Origin: Octopus bimaculoides
Taxonomy: Eukaryota
DNA: 36,622 nucleotides
Assembly: GCF_001194135.2 (NCBI RefSeq)
Contig: NC_068982.1
Span: 29,873,632-29,910,253 of the forward strand
Direction of reading: 5' to 3'
The notes beneath the pieces are model-generated. The model was not told where the DNA came from and did no database searches. It saw only the letters and a list, made by a program, of their open reading frames with translations. Position 1 is the stretch's first letter, and each line of letters starts with the position of its first letter. Below are positions 1 through 10,219 of the stretch, piece by piece. The translations under genes and the position numbers were made by a program.

Positions 1-45
<45 letters not shown>

Positions 46-78
46 TAGATGTATGTATCTATGTATGCATATATATAT
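1..78. repeat. (TA)n / (CA)n / TATG compound microsatellite
   Basis: Read directly from the sequence. Confidence 0.95.
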
Positions 79-333
79 ACTCAGAGTGATTTAAAAGTTC
101 CTTTGGTATTAATGTAATTCAGCAAAACATCTGAGTTCAGTGGAGGTTACTTGCAATACTACATACATGTTACATCTTTCCTTCTCTCTGTACCTACCTT
201 ACACCTTCCTACTCCTTATCACAGCCTTCACCCACCTTTCTACTGCATTCAATTAATTCTGCTTGACTTCAATCACCCTGTTGAATGCCAAAGAGTCAGA
301 GATTCTGGGATTGTCAACCATTCTACTTTTCAG

Positions 334-372
334 CTTTCAAACCCGCCAAAGCACCCAAGGCATTTGATCTAG
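334..372 (+). CDS. Candidate 39-nt symmetric (phase 1-1) exon, xFKPAKAPKAFDL; product unknown
   Basis: Acceptor ccattctacttttcag|C at 333/334 and donor CTAG|GTATGT at 372/373. One of three frames is open. That frame extends upstream to an ATG at 285 (MPKSQRFWDCQPFYFSAFKPAKAPKAFDL). No homology recognised. Confidence 0.35.
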   Translation, partial: LSNPPKHPRHLI

Positions 373-495
373 GTATGTCCAGACAATGGAACGGGACTAC
401 CACTTAATTGTGCTATTTGTGGACAAAGATTGTCTAATTTCTTGAAAACATTTTTCTAAAATATATGAAACTATATATACATTCCTAGAATGCAT

Positions 496-580
496 ACATA
501 GATACATGTATGTGTGCATGCATACATGCATGCATACGTACATACATACATACACACAGATGGAAGAACTTGACCTTGCA

Positions 581-626
<46 letters not shown>
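496..626. repeat. (CATA)n, (CA)n and (TA)n microsatellites
   Basis: Read directly from the sequence. Confidence 0.9.
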
Positions 627-629
<3 letters not shown>

Positions 630-635
<6 letters not shown>

Positions 636-858
636 CTCTGTTTTTTTCCGTCCTTGCTTTTATATACATTCGCTGCTTTCTTCTAAGAAATCTAATGCTC
701 TTAGTTTATTCTTTTCTTGGGGCTGGCCAGATTGGAGCAATGTCAAGTATAACCAGCTGAAATTACAAAGATAATCTGGAACTTGACCGAGGATAGAAAA
801 CTCCGAATGACCTGTGCTTGTTTTCCTTGTATCGTCTGCCTGGATGTTTTGTGTTCTT
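630..858 (-). mobile_element. Dispersed repeat (family E), class unknown; truncated by a gap
   Basis: The reverse complement of 630-722 aligns with 6226-6320 (aagagcattagat...gaagaaagcagc.aatgtata...caagga.ggaaaaaaa). Confidence 0.65.
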
Positions 859-1682
859 NNNNNNNNNNNNNNNNNNNNNNNNNNNNNNNNNNNNNNNNNN
901 NNNNNNNNNNNNNNNNNNNNNNNNNNNNNNNNNNNNNNNNNNNNNNNNNNNNNNNNNNNNNNNNNNNNNNNNNNNNNNNNNNNNNNNNNNNNNNNNNNNN
1001 NNNNNNNNNNNNNNNNNNNNNNNNNNNNNNNNNNNNNNNNNNNNNNNNNNNNNNNNNNNNNNNNNNNNNNNNNNNNNNNNNNNNNNNNNNNNNNNNNNNN
1101 NNNNNNNNNNNNNNNNNNNNNNNNNNNNNNNNNNNNNNNNNNNNNNNNNNNNNNNNNNNNNNNNNNNNNNNNNNNNNNNNNNNNNNNNNNNNNNNNNNNN
1201 NNNNNNNNNNNNNNNNNNNNNNNNNNNNNNNNNNNNNNNNNNNNNNNNNNNNNNNNNNNNNNNNNNNNNNNNNNNNNNNNNNNNNNNNNNNNNNNNNNNN
1301 NNNNNNNNNNNNNNNNNNNNNNNNNNNNNNNNNNNNNNNNNNNNNNNNNNNNNNNNNNNNNNNNNNNNNNNNNNNNNNNNNNNNNNNNNNNNNNNNNNNN
1401 NNNNNNNNNNNNNNNNNNNNNNNNNNNNNNNNNNNNNNNNNNNNNNNNNNNNNNNNNNNNNNNNNNNNNNNNNNNNNNNNNNNNNNNNNNNNNNNNNNNN
1501 NNNNNNNNNNNNNNNNNNNNNNNNNNNNNNNNNNNNNNNNNNNNNNNNNNNNNNNNNNNNNNNNNNNNNNNNNNNNNNNNNNNNNNNNNNNNNNNNNNNN
1601 NNNNNNNNNNNNNNNNNNNNNNNNNNNNNNNNNNNNNNNNNNNNNNNNNNNNNNNNNNNNNNNNNNNNNNNNNNNNNNNNNN
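859..1682. other. Assembly gap (N-run), first of 11. Others: 2632-2684, 5886-6225, 6958-7398, 11353-11664, 12564-13027, 14351-14783, 23230-23666, 24338-24596, 29046-29308, 35032-35640
   Basis: Runs of n. Nearly all abut microsatellites or repeat copies. Confidence 0.99.
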
Positions 1683-2514
1683 ATATATATATATATATAT
1701 AACTACATAAATAATGTTTTTTGTAACAAACATGTATATTCTGCATTCAGTGATGAAATAGTGATAAGTAAAAATTCTGTAAATATTAATTATAAGCTTT
1801 AAACTTTATGTTCACCATATATTGGTTATAGAAAATAATCTCATGTTGGGGTCTATAAGCCCTTGACAGAAAAAAGGGTAATTAGTATGCATGGGAATCG
1901 AACCCACACCTCTTATTTTCATAAGTCTGCTCATAGATTACACCATATATGTCCAACCCATGCCAGCTTGGAAAACAGTTATCAAATGATGACGATAAAG
2001 CAGGTGTGTGTGGTGAAGTTACTCAAGAGATTCAAGGGCCATTTAAGTTAGGTGCTAATCTCTGGCTTCATTTGAAATCAAAATGAAATGGGCTGAAATG
2101 TGAATTGGCAAAGGATTTACTTTAACCTTCTGCCAAGGCTGCAAACTTACTGTTATTGTATAGTTTCTATATTTCCATTTATCCTTCTTCAAGTTGATTA
2201 CCTTACAACAGAATATGATTATTATCTTCTCCATTGCTATACATTCTTCTTCATCATATTTACATAAGAGCTTGATTATTTGGTTTTAATTACAAGCTAT
2301 GTATTTCCATGGTGTCTCTAGGTTATTTCCTTTCTCATGACAATATCATCCATGCACTTATCATTATTGTTTTAAGGCAGTGGAATTTGGAGAAGACAAT
2401 AACAAATTAAGAGGCTTTATCCTGTTTAGTGTTGTATGTCATGTTTCATAGCTCAAATCTTGTATCTGAGTTCAAATATGCTTTACATCCTGGTATAAGA
2501 CAATATAACAAATA

Positions 2515-2883
2515 TCATCATCATCATCATCATCGTTTAACGTCCGCTTTCCATGCTAGCATGGGTTGGACGATTTGACTGAGGACTGGTGAAACTAGAT
2601 GGCTACACCAGGCTCCAATCTGATTTGGCAGNNNNNNNNNNNNNNNNNNNNNNNNNNNNNNNNNNNNNNNNNNNNNNNNNNNNNGGCGGTACTGGCAACG
2701 GCCACACTCAAAATGGTGCAATTTATGTGTCACCCACACAAGAGCCAGTCCAGGGGCACTGGCAACGATCTCGCTCGAAAAATTTCATGTGTCGCCTGCA
2801 CAAGAGCCAGCCCAGGGGCACTGGCAACGATCTCGCTCGAAAATCCTACGACGGCCCCGCACAAGAGCCAGTCCGGGGGCACT
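2515..2883 (-). mobile_element. Family B: 3' end of an RTE-type LINE (or a SINE sharing its tail) with (GAT)n tail
   Basis: (CAT)n followed by cgtttaacgtccgctttccatgctagcatgggttggac, near-identical to 6771-6957 and to the reverse complement of 20700-20765. Contains a ~61-bp subunit array at 2737-2883. Confidence 0.9.
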
Positions 2884-3125
2884 AACAAATATCAGTGTGA
2901 TGATATGTTAATTATGTGGTGCTCTAGCTTGGCTGCACTCAAATGACTGGAACAAGTAAAAGAATAAAAAGATAAAAGGATATCCTTATAACTTGTACAT
3001 TTATTGTGTAATGAGAAAAATGGGTCACACTTTATAATCAGGTCAATTTCATTTAATTTCTGATAGGAAAGTCGAAATCTTTAACAAGCACAACTCTTTA
3101 ACAATGACAATGTTCTTTTATTCTT

Positions 3126-3382
3126 ACATTTTTTTTACTGGTATCAGTCATTTGACTGTGGCCTAGCTGGAGCACTGCTTTTAGTCGAACAAATCAACTC
3201 CAGGACTTATTCTTTGTAAGCCTAGTACTTATTCTACTGATCTCTTATGCTGAAGTTATGGGGACATAAATACACAGCATCGGTTATCAAGCGATGGCGC
3301 CCAAGGTGCCACGCAGTGGGCCTGAACCCGGAACTCTGTGACTGGAAAGGAATCTTCTTACCACACAGCCACACTTGCACCT
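3126..3382 (-). mobile_element. Family C tRNA-headed SINE, internally shortened copy
   Basis: The head (reverse complement gtggctgtgtggtaagaag...ccgggttcaggcccactgcgtggcaccttggg) is joined directly to the 3' half without the usual central microsatellite. Homologous to 25855-26250. Confidence 0.8.
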
Positions 3383-3397
3383 ATGTACAACTAATTA

Positions 3398-3597
3398 GGT
3401 TTCAAATTTTGGTATAAGACCAGCAACTTTGAATAAGGGGATGAGTCAATTACATCGACCCCAGTGCTCAACTGGTACTTATTATATCAACTCTAAAAGG
3501 ATGACAGGCAAAGTCGAACCTGACAGAATTTGAACTCAGAATACGAAGACTGACAAAATGTCATTAAGCAACCCAGATTTTACCAGTTCACTGCTTT
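3398..3597 (-). mobile_element. Family D SINE-like repeat
   Basis: Shares ttacatcgaccccagt..tcaactggtacttatt...ggatga.aggcaaagt...agaatttgaactcagaa with 12298-12517 and 35762-35974. Confidence 0.85.
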
Positions 3598-3777
3598 ACT
3601 ATATGTGGAACTAATTACAAAATCATTAAATGAACTCATTTAATAGTTTTCTAATTTTCAGGTTAGACCAAACACATAAAAGTTAAACCTTGGTTAGGTT
3701 TATTATCTGAAGGTTAAATTTAGGTTAGTTTTGAAAATCAGGATTGGTTTCTAAACTGTGTGTCCATTAACTGTGTA

Positions 3778-4393
3778 CTACATTAACACACAGAACTAAT
3801 TAACAAACCATCTATCCAAAAGCTATATTAACACTCAGAAATGGTTTAAATCCCATGTGATCTAAAGTGACATTAACATGCAGAAGTGGTTTACAAACCA
3901 TATGTTTCAAAGTTATACTAATACATACAAGTGGTTTTAAAACCATCTGTCGAAAAGTCACACTGACATACAGATGTGATTTATAGACCCTATGTCTAAA
4001 ATCCATAATAACACACAGAAGAGGTTTAGAAACAGTGTATCTGAAAGCCACACTAATATGCAGAGATGATTTACTACCAAGTGCCAAAAGCTACATTAAT
4101 ACACAGAAATTTGTGAACAGTGTGTCCAGAAGCCACACTAATATACAGAAATGTTTTACTACCCTGTTCTCAAAAGCTACATTAATACACAGAAGTTTGT
4201 AAACAGTATGTCCAAAAGCTACATTAATATTCAGAAATGTTTTACTACCCTGTTCCCAGAAGCTACATTAATACACAGACGTTTGTGAACAGTGTGTCCA
4301 AAAGCCACACTAATATACAGAAATGTTTTACTACCCTGTTCCCAAAAGCTACACTAACACAAAGAACAGGTTAGCAAACCATATGCTCCAAAG
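3778..4393. repeat. Minisatellite of 14 units (42-45 bp) with an 86-bp dimeric higher-order repeat at 4091-4348
   Basis: Hand-parsed units: 6x45, 43, (42+44)x3, 45 bp. Each unit starts ctacattaa or a variant and most end in aag. Confidence 0.9.
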
Positions 4394-4443
4394 TCAAAAA
4401 CACCGAAATGTAACTCAAAGCCAAACTTGATATTCTACAAATT

Positions 4444-4660
4444 CTTTTATTCTTTTACTTGTTTCAGTCATTTGAGTGCAGCCATGCTGGAGCACAGCTT
4501 TGAAGGGTTTTAGTCAGACAAATTGACCCCTACTTTTTTAAGCCTATTATTACTCTGTTGGTCTCTTCAGCTGGACCACTAATGTTACAGGGATGTAAAC
4601 ACACCAACACCGGTTGTCAAGCATGGATGGAGGAGACAAGCACTGATAGAAACACACACA
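4444..4660 (-). mobile_element. Family C SINE, 3' half
   Basis: cttttacttgtttcagtcatttga.tgcagccatgctggagcac matches the other family C 3' halves. Confidence 0.8.
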
Positions 4661-5609
4661 CACATACAGATGTAAAATGTTGAATGATGAAAATAAGTGC
4701 TCAACATTGCATTGGTGGATATACTGTAAAAACCCATGTAATTTGTGCACCTGTGTAATTTACGCAGGTGATTTTCAGGATAAAATTTGTTAAAAAAATA
4801 GCTTCTACTCATGTAAAAATCACACCCAAAAGTTTTCAGAATTGCCAATATAGCCAGGGAGAAAAGGTTTTCAATTTAGTTGTATTTAGCATAATTTCAC
4901 TTACTTATAATTAGATTTTATTAAATTTTCATTAAATAAATATAATTTCTGTTTAACAGGTATCACATTAAAAGTTATTAAATTACAAAGTGTTTGTGTT
5001 GTTTATAATAAACTTTATTTTACATTTCTTGCTTACAAGAGATTACATCTGATCTTTAGTATACTGCTGTATGTCTTGTCAAATCACAATCACAGGAAAA
5101 GTTGCTGATAAGAATTATCAACAAAACCAAAGCTGATAAATATGCAGATGTGTTGCAAATTAAGTTTAATTACAAATAAACGTTAATGGTTTTAGTATAT
5201 TTATACAGATAAAGTAAGCATTATACCGTCCAGCATAAATAAAAGTCAACTTCATTATATTTAAGCTTTTATTTTTTCTATAAAAACCTATTCTGACAGT
5301 GAATGAGTCAACTTCCAGTATGAATGTTTAAGTTTTGTACATCTTTTTTCAACAAAAACAAAATTTCTAAAAAAAATTCTGGAAATTATCTACTCATATA
5401 ATTTACACACCCCTAAGGAAAAAAATGTGTAAATTACATGGGTTTTTACAGTAATAACTTTATTTGTGAATTAAGGCTACCATTGGTTTCATGTTAAGAA
5501 AAGTAGGAAAATATCATAGTATCTTAACAATTTTTTAAGCCAATCACATGGAGAAAGGTGTTCACCTCCATTTTGGAAAACACAGTAGTTTATATATATA
5601 GGTATATAC

Positions 5610-5772
5610 TATGGGCTTCTTTCAGTTTCCGTCTACCAAATCCACTCACAAGGCTTTGGCTGGCCCAAAGGTATAGTAGAAGACATTTTACCCAAGATGC
5701 CACTCAATGGGACTGAACCTGGAACAATGTGGTTGGAAAGCAAGCTTCTTACCACACAGCCATGCCTGCACC
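5610..5772 (-). mobile_element. Family C SINE, tRNA-like 5' half
   Basis: gggcttctttcagtttccgtctaccaaatccactcacaaggctttgg...gggactgaacc...cttaccacacagcc. The reverse complement gives A-box-like TGGTAAG and B-box-like GGTTCAGTCCC. Confidence 0.85.
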
Positions 5773-5790
5773 TATATCTATCTATATATA

Positions 5791-5881
<91 letters not shown>

Positions 5882-5885
5882 TTAT
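5773..5885. repeat. (TCTA)n and (TA)n microsatellite running into a gap
   Basis: Read directly from the sequence. Confidence 0.95.
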
Positions 5886-6225
5886 NNNNNNNNNNNNNNN
5901 NNNNNNNNNNNNNNNNNNNNNNNNNNNNNNNNNNNNNNNNNNNNNNNNNNNNNNNNNNNNNNNNNNNNNNNNNNNNNNNNNNNNNNNNNNNNNNNNNNNN
6001 NNNNNNNNNNNNNNNNNNNNNNNNNNNNNNNNNNNNNNNNNNNNNNNNNNNNNNNNNNNNNNNNNNNNNNNNNNNNNNNNNNNNNNNNNNNNNNNNNNNN
6101 NNNNNNNNNNNNNNNNNNNNNNNNNNNNNNNNNNNNNNNNNNNNNNNNNNNNNNNNNNNNNNNNNNNNNNNNNNNNNNNNNNNNNNNNNNNNNNNNNNNN
6201 NNNNNNNNNNNNNNNNNNNNNNNNN

Positions 6226-6770
6226 AGCCTCAAAGAAAAACTAAGCTAAGAGCATTAGATTCCTTGGAAGAAAGCAGCAAATGTATACGAAAACAAGGAT
6301 GGAAAAAAAGGGAGAAATGTTACACAAATACAAATGCAAATAACAGGACATAACAACAGGTATCTTTTGACTAAGGATGAATTAAATTAAGCTGGCGTAT
6401 GTAGAAGTAAAGCCTTATAGCAGGGACATAAGATTAGACAGGCACAGGGAGGAATATAGATGTTGCATGGAGGGTAGCTGAACCAAGAAAGAAAGGTCAG
6501 GCTTGGCTGAACACTGGTCACATGGAGAGAGAAGAGAAAGAGGTAGAGGCAGAGAGATAGAAGAATTAAGGAGGGGCGAGAAAAAATGAAAGGGACAAGG
6601 TGAAATGAAAGAGGAGGGAAAGTGAGCATGAAGAGAAGGCCAGGAAATGTGAGAGAGGGGGAATGAAAGAACGAAGAGTGGAATGAACGAAGTAAGTGTA
6701 AAAGGGCTGAGAGAAAGTAGGAAAGAATGAAAGAATAGAAAGAATAATAAGGTTGTACATAATTTAGATA
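6226..6770 (+). mobile_element. Family E dispersed repeat, followed by a GA-rich purine tract (about 6520-6750)
   Basis: 6226-6320 is homologous to the reverse complement of 630-722. The extent beyond about 6400 is uncertain. Confidence 0.55.
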
Positions 6771-6957
6771 TCATCATCATCATCGTTTAACGTCCGCCTT
6801 CCATGCTAGCATGGATTGGACAATTTGACTGAGGACTGGTGAAACCAGATGGCTACACCAGGCTCCAATCTGATTTGGCAGAGTTTCTACAGCTGGATGC
6901 CCTTCCTAATGCCAACCACTCAGAGAGTGTAGTGGGTGCTTTTACGTGTCACCCGCA
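6771..6957 (-). mobile_element. Family B RTE 3' end
   Basis: Near-identical to 2515-2631. Confidence 0.9.
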
Positions 6958-7398
6958 NNNNNNNNNNNNNNNNNNNNNNNNNNNNNNNNNNNNNNNNNNN
7001 NNNNNNNNNNNNNNNNNNNNNNNNNNNNNNNNNNNNNNNNNNNNNNNNNNNNNNNNNNNNNNNNNNNNNNNNNNNNNNNNNNNNNNNNNNNNNNNNNNNN
7101 NNNNNNNNNNNNNNNNNNNNNNNNNNNNNNNNNNNNNNNNNNNNNNNNNNNNNNNNNNNNNNNNNNNNNNNNNNNNNNNNNNNNNNNNNNNNNNNNNNNN
7201 NNNNNNNNNNNNNNNNNNNNNNNNNNNNNNNNNNNNNNNNNNNNNNNNNNNNNNNNNNNNNNNNNNNNNNNNNNNNNNNNNNNNNNNNNNNNNNNNNNNN
7301 NNNNNNNNNNNNNNNNNNNNNNNNNNNNNNNNNNNNNNNNNNNNNNNNNNNNNNNNNNNNNNNNNNNNNNNNNNNNNNNNNNNNNNNNNNNNNNNNNN

Positions 7399-7439
<41 letters not shown>

Positions 7440-8175
7440 TAAAGATATGATATCAAATATGTCTTTTTTGTTAATGTATTTGTTGCTGTTGTTACTGTTG
7501 ATGTCATTGTCCAGTTCAACACATCTCGTGGGAGAGGATGTAAGGACTGAAAAATAGGTAGACTAATTACCATCCTTAATAAAATCAAGATCATTTTAAA
7601 CATTCTCAACTTGCTCAACACCATGATGAAGAAAGAAGAATTACAGGGATGCATCCTTCATTTTGTCATTTGAAAGATGAAGAGGAGGATGAGGAGGAGG
7701 AAGAACAAAAAATATTTTTAATCAGTTCAGATATTAGAGTTAACTCTCTGGTCGTTGACAAGAATTCTTGCCAATAACTTTTCTTGGCATTGCATACGCA
7801 ATTTTAATTGATTAAAAAATAATTTTTTACTGGATTAAATACGTTAACCTCCACTGACCTTTATTAATGGAAACGATTTTTCTAGTGTTATTTGGCCAAA
7901 AGTAGCTACCCGACAGTTTGGTCTAGATCAATGTCCATCATTGACATTATCATAGTTCTAACTCAGGAGACACAGCATACTGTAGAGACTGAAAAGTTAT
8001 TTTTAAAGATGACTACATAATATAAATTGAAATGCATTGAATGTCTCCTCTACTTTAAAGGACATTGCCTGCAGTGATCAACTTGAACAGATGGTCAATC
8101 ATGTCTGAGACTAAACTTAGACAATTTAGTTCCTGACAGGAGCAGAAATGTAATCTCTGGTTTATAGATGTATAT

Positions 8176-8432
8176 GTATGCAGGAATGGCTGTGTGGTTA
8201 AGAAGTTTGCTTTGAATTGTGGGGTTGTTTTGGATTTAGTCCCATTGTGTAACAATTTTGGCATACGTCTTCTACTATACTTCCAGGTTGACCTGCGTGA
8301 AAGCTTATCCTGTATGGTCATGTATGTATATATGTGTGTGTATGACTATATATATATATGTATGTATCTGTCTATTGGCATATATGTGTGCGTATGTTTG
8401 TGTGTGTATGCCTCTGTGTGTATGTGAATACA

Positions 8433-8469
<37 letters not shown>

Positions 8470-8645
8470 CTTGTGTGTTTGTTCCTTCCTTTATTGTTTG
8501 ACAAAGGGTATCAATTTGCTTACATCTCTGTAACTTAGCAGTTCAGAAAGAGATAACAATAAAATAAAGAACCAAACTCAAAACGTGGGTGTCCCAGCAT
8601 GGCTGCAGTCCAATGACTAAAATAGGTAAAAGTTGAATGATAAAA
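8176..8645 (+). mobile_element. Family C SINE, degraded: head + TA/TG microsatellite + 3' half
   Basis: ggaatggctgtgtggttaagaagtttgc head at about 8182 and ccagcatggctgcagtccaatgactaaaa tail at about 8595. Confidence 0.65.
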
Positions 8646-8924
8646 TACAAAGAGAAAATCAAAATTCTTTGAACACATATAATCCACACACACACACACA
8701 CACACACACATATGTATACTTACATGCCTGTGAGTGTGGTTGCTCTACCAATTAAGAAATAACAGCCAATTCTCACTTGATTCATGCAGTGTTGTGTAAC
8801 GTAAGTAGGCTGCATGTGATGCGAGTATATAATGTTTTAAAATATGCGCACGTCTGTCACAACTGAAAGGAAAGTATTTGATTCATAGGTCTGTTTATAC
8901 AGGGCCAACTTGAAAGCTAAAGAA

Positions 8925-9133
8925 CATCACCACCAACAACCACCAACAACCATCGTCACCACCACCACCATCACCACTACTGCCACCACCATCATTGTCA
9001 TCATCATCTTCACGACCACGACCACGACGACGACGACCACCACCACCACCACCGGTTGCGCCACCACCACCATCGCCGCCACCGCCATCACCGCCACCGC
9101 CATCACCACCACCATCAACAACAACAACTACAA

Positions 9134-9164
<31 letters not shown>

Positions 9165-9185
9165 AGCAACATCAGCAGCAGCAAT
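8925..9185. repeat. Compound trinucleotide mosaic (CAC/ACC/CAT/GAC/GCC/AAC/CAG)n
   Basis: Read directly; it accounts for the poly-T/P/H/Q/V ORFs in the track. Confidence 0.9.
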
Positions 9186-9429
9186 TAACAAATGTTTTAT
9201 ATCAGAGCTATTTATTTCCGAATAAGATTGTGACCATCATTTTAAGCTTTGTTACTTAACTGCTTTGTTCTTATTTTTTTTATGGTCATATTCTCCTCAT
9301 GTCCTATATAGTGTTATAGCACTCTTTGTTTGTATTTTTTTTTTGTTGATTTATTATTTGTTTCATTGTTCTATTTTCTTCTTTTTTTCAATGGCTTATT
9401 AGAAAATTACAAATAACTTTTGTAAGAAT

Positions 9430-9725
9430 GTATATGTGTATGTATATGCATGTAGGTATGCATGCTGTATGTGTGTATGTGTGTATGTATATATATATAT
9501 ATGGTTATGTGTGTGTATATATATATATATAAATACATATATATGGTTATGTGCATCTATATATATATATATATATATACATATACATGTATGTATATTT
9601 ACATATATCGTTATGTATATATAATATATACATATAATTGGTTATTTATATGTATATGATGTGTGAGTGTATACACCAACACACGCACACAAATACACAC
9701 ATGCACACACACACACACACACATA
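9430..9725. repeat. TA/TG/CA microsatellite mosaic
   Basis: Read directly from the sequence. Confidence 0.9.
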
Positions 9726-9806
9726 GTTTATAGGTTAAAGACAGGTTTTCTCTATATAGAATACACTTCAAAGTGCTCAAGAGATCTGAAATTGAGCTGG
9801 TAGATA

Positions 9807-10219
9807 AGTAAATGTAATGAGAAACAAATTAGGCAAGTCGATTTACACAGTATATTAAATACACTTAATGGCAAAAAATGTACGTGTATGGATATAAAAT
9901 ATAAAATAGTCCAACTTGTTGAATATAAATGATCAAGAGTTAAATTGGTGGAGTTTTATATGTCCAACAGCTGTTTCTAGGGCTTGGTGATCCAGAACAA
10001 TGATAGTTATTTGGATCCATTATCAGATAACACTGCCTCCATCTTCAGGGGAGAATATTACATTTGAAGTGTTGACAGGATGGAGTTTAAACTACTTATA
10101 TTCTGTAAGTCAGACTATTTTATATTTTATATCCATACACATGTACATTTTTTTCTATTAAATATATTTGATATTCAGTGTAAATTGACTTGCCTAACTG
10201 TCTTCTCATTGCATTTACT
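9807..10219. mobile_element. Fold-back element: inverted arms 9807-9928 and 10096-10219 around a 167-bp core (MITE-like or Penelope-derived)
   Basis: Hand alignment of the arms gives about 84% identity. It includes a perfect 28-bp inverted match, GTGTATGGATATAAAATATAAAATAGTC (9884-9911 vs 10113-10140). Confidence 0.85.
9961..10052 (-). ncRNA. Type I hammerhead ribozyme-like motif with extended stem II
   Basis: Minus strand reads tccc-CTGAAGA-TGGAGGC...(64-nt stem II)...GCCCTA-GAAA-CAGCTG-TT-GGAC. Core boxes are intact, stem III is the palindrome ACAGCTGT and the triplet is GUU. Stem I is weak. Confidence 0.55.

Noticed and set aside
780-820. ccgagga-tagaaaactcc-gaatgacc in family E as a degenerate hammerhead
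   Set aside because: Both core boxes are non-canonical (CCGAGGA, GAAT), and stems I and III cannot be built.
660-1802. Long ORFs in the six-frame track crossing N-runs (also at 5.7, 6.9, 11.3, 12.5, 14.3, 23.1, 24.3, 29.0 and 34.9 kb)
   Set aside because: Their length comes from undefined bases translated as X.
2578-2610. CTGAGGA-ctggt-GAAAC in family B (also at about 6828) resembling a hammerhead core
   Set aside because: The five nucleotides between the boxes cannot form stem II, no NUH-closing stem III or stem I exists, and it is antisense to the RTE.
3778-4393. CRISPR-like periodicity
   Set aside because: Units are homologous along their whole length with no unique spacers, there are no cas genes, and the context is eukaryotic.
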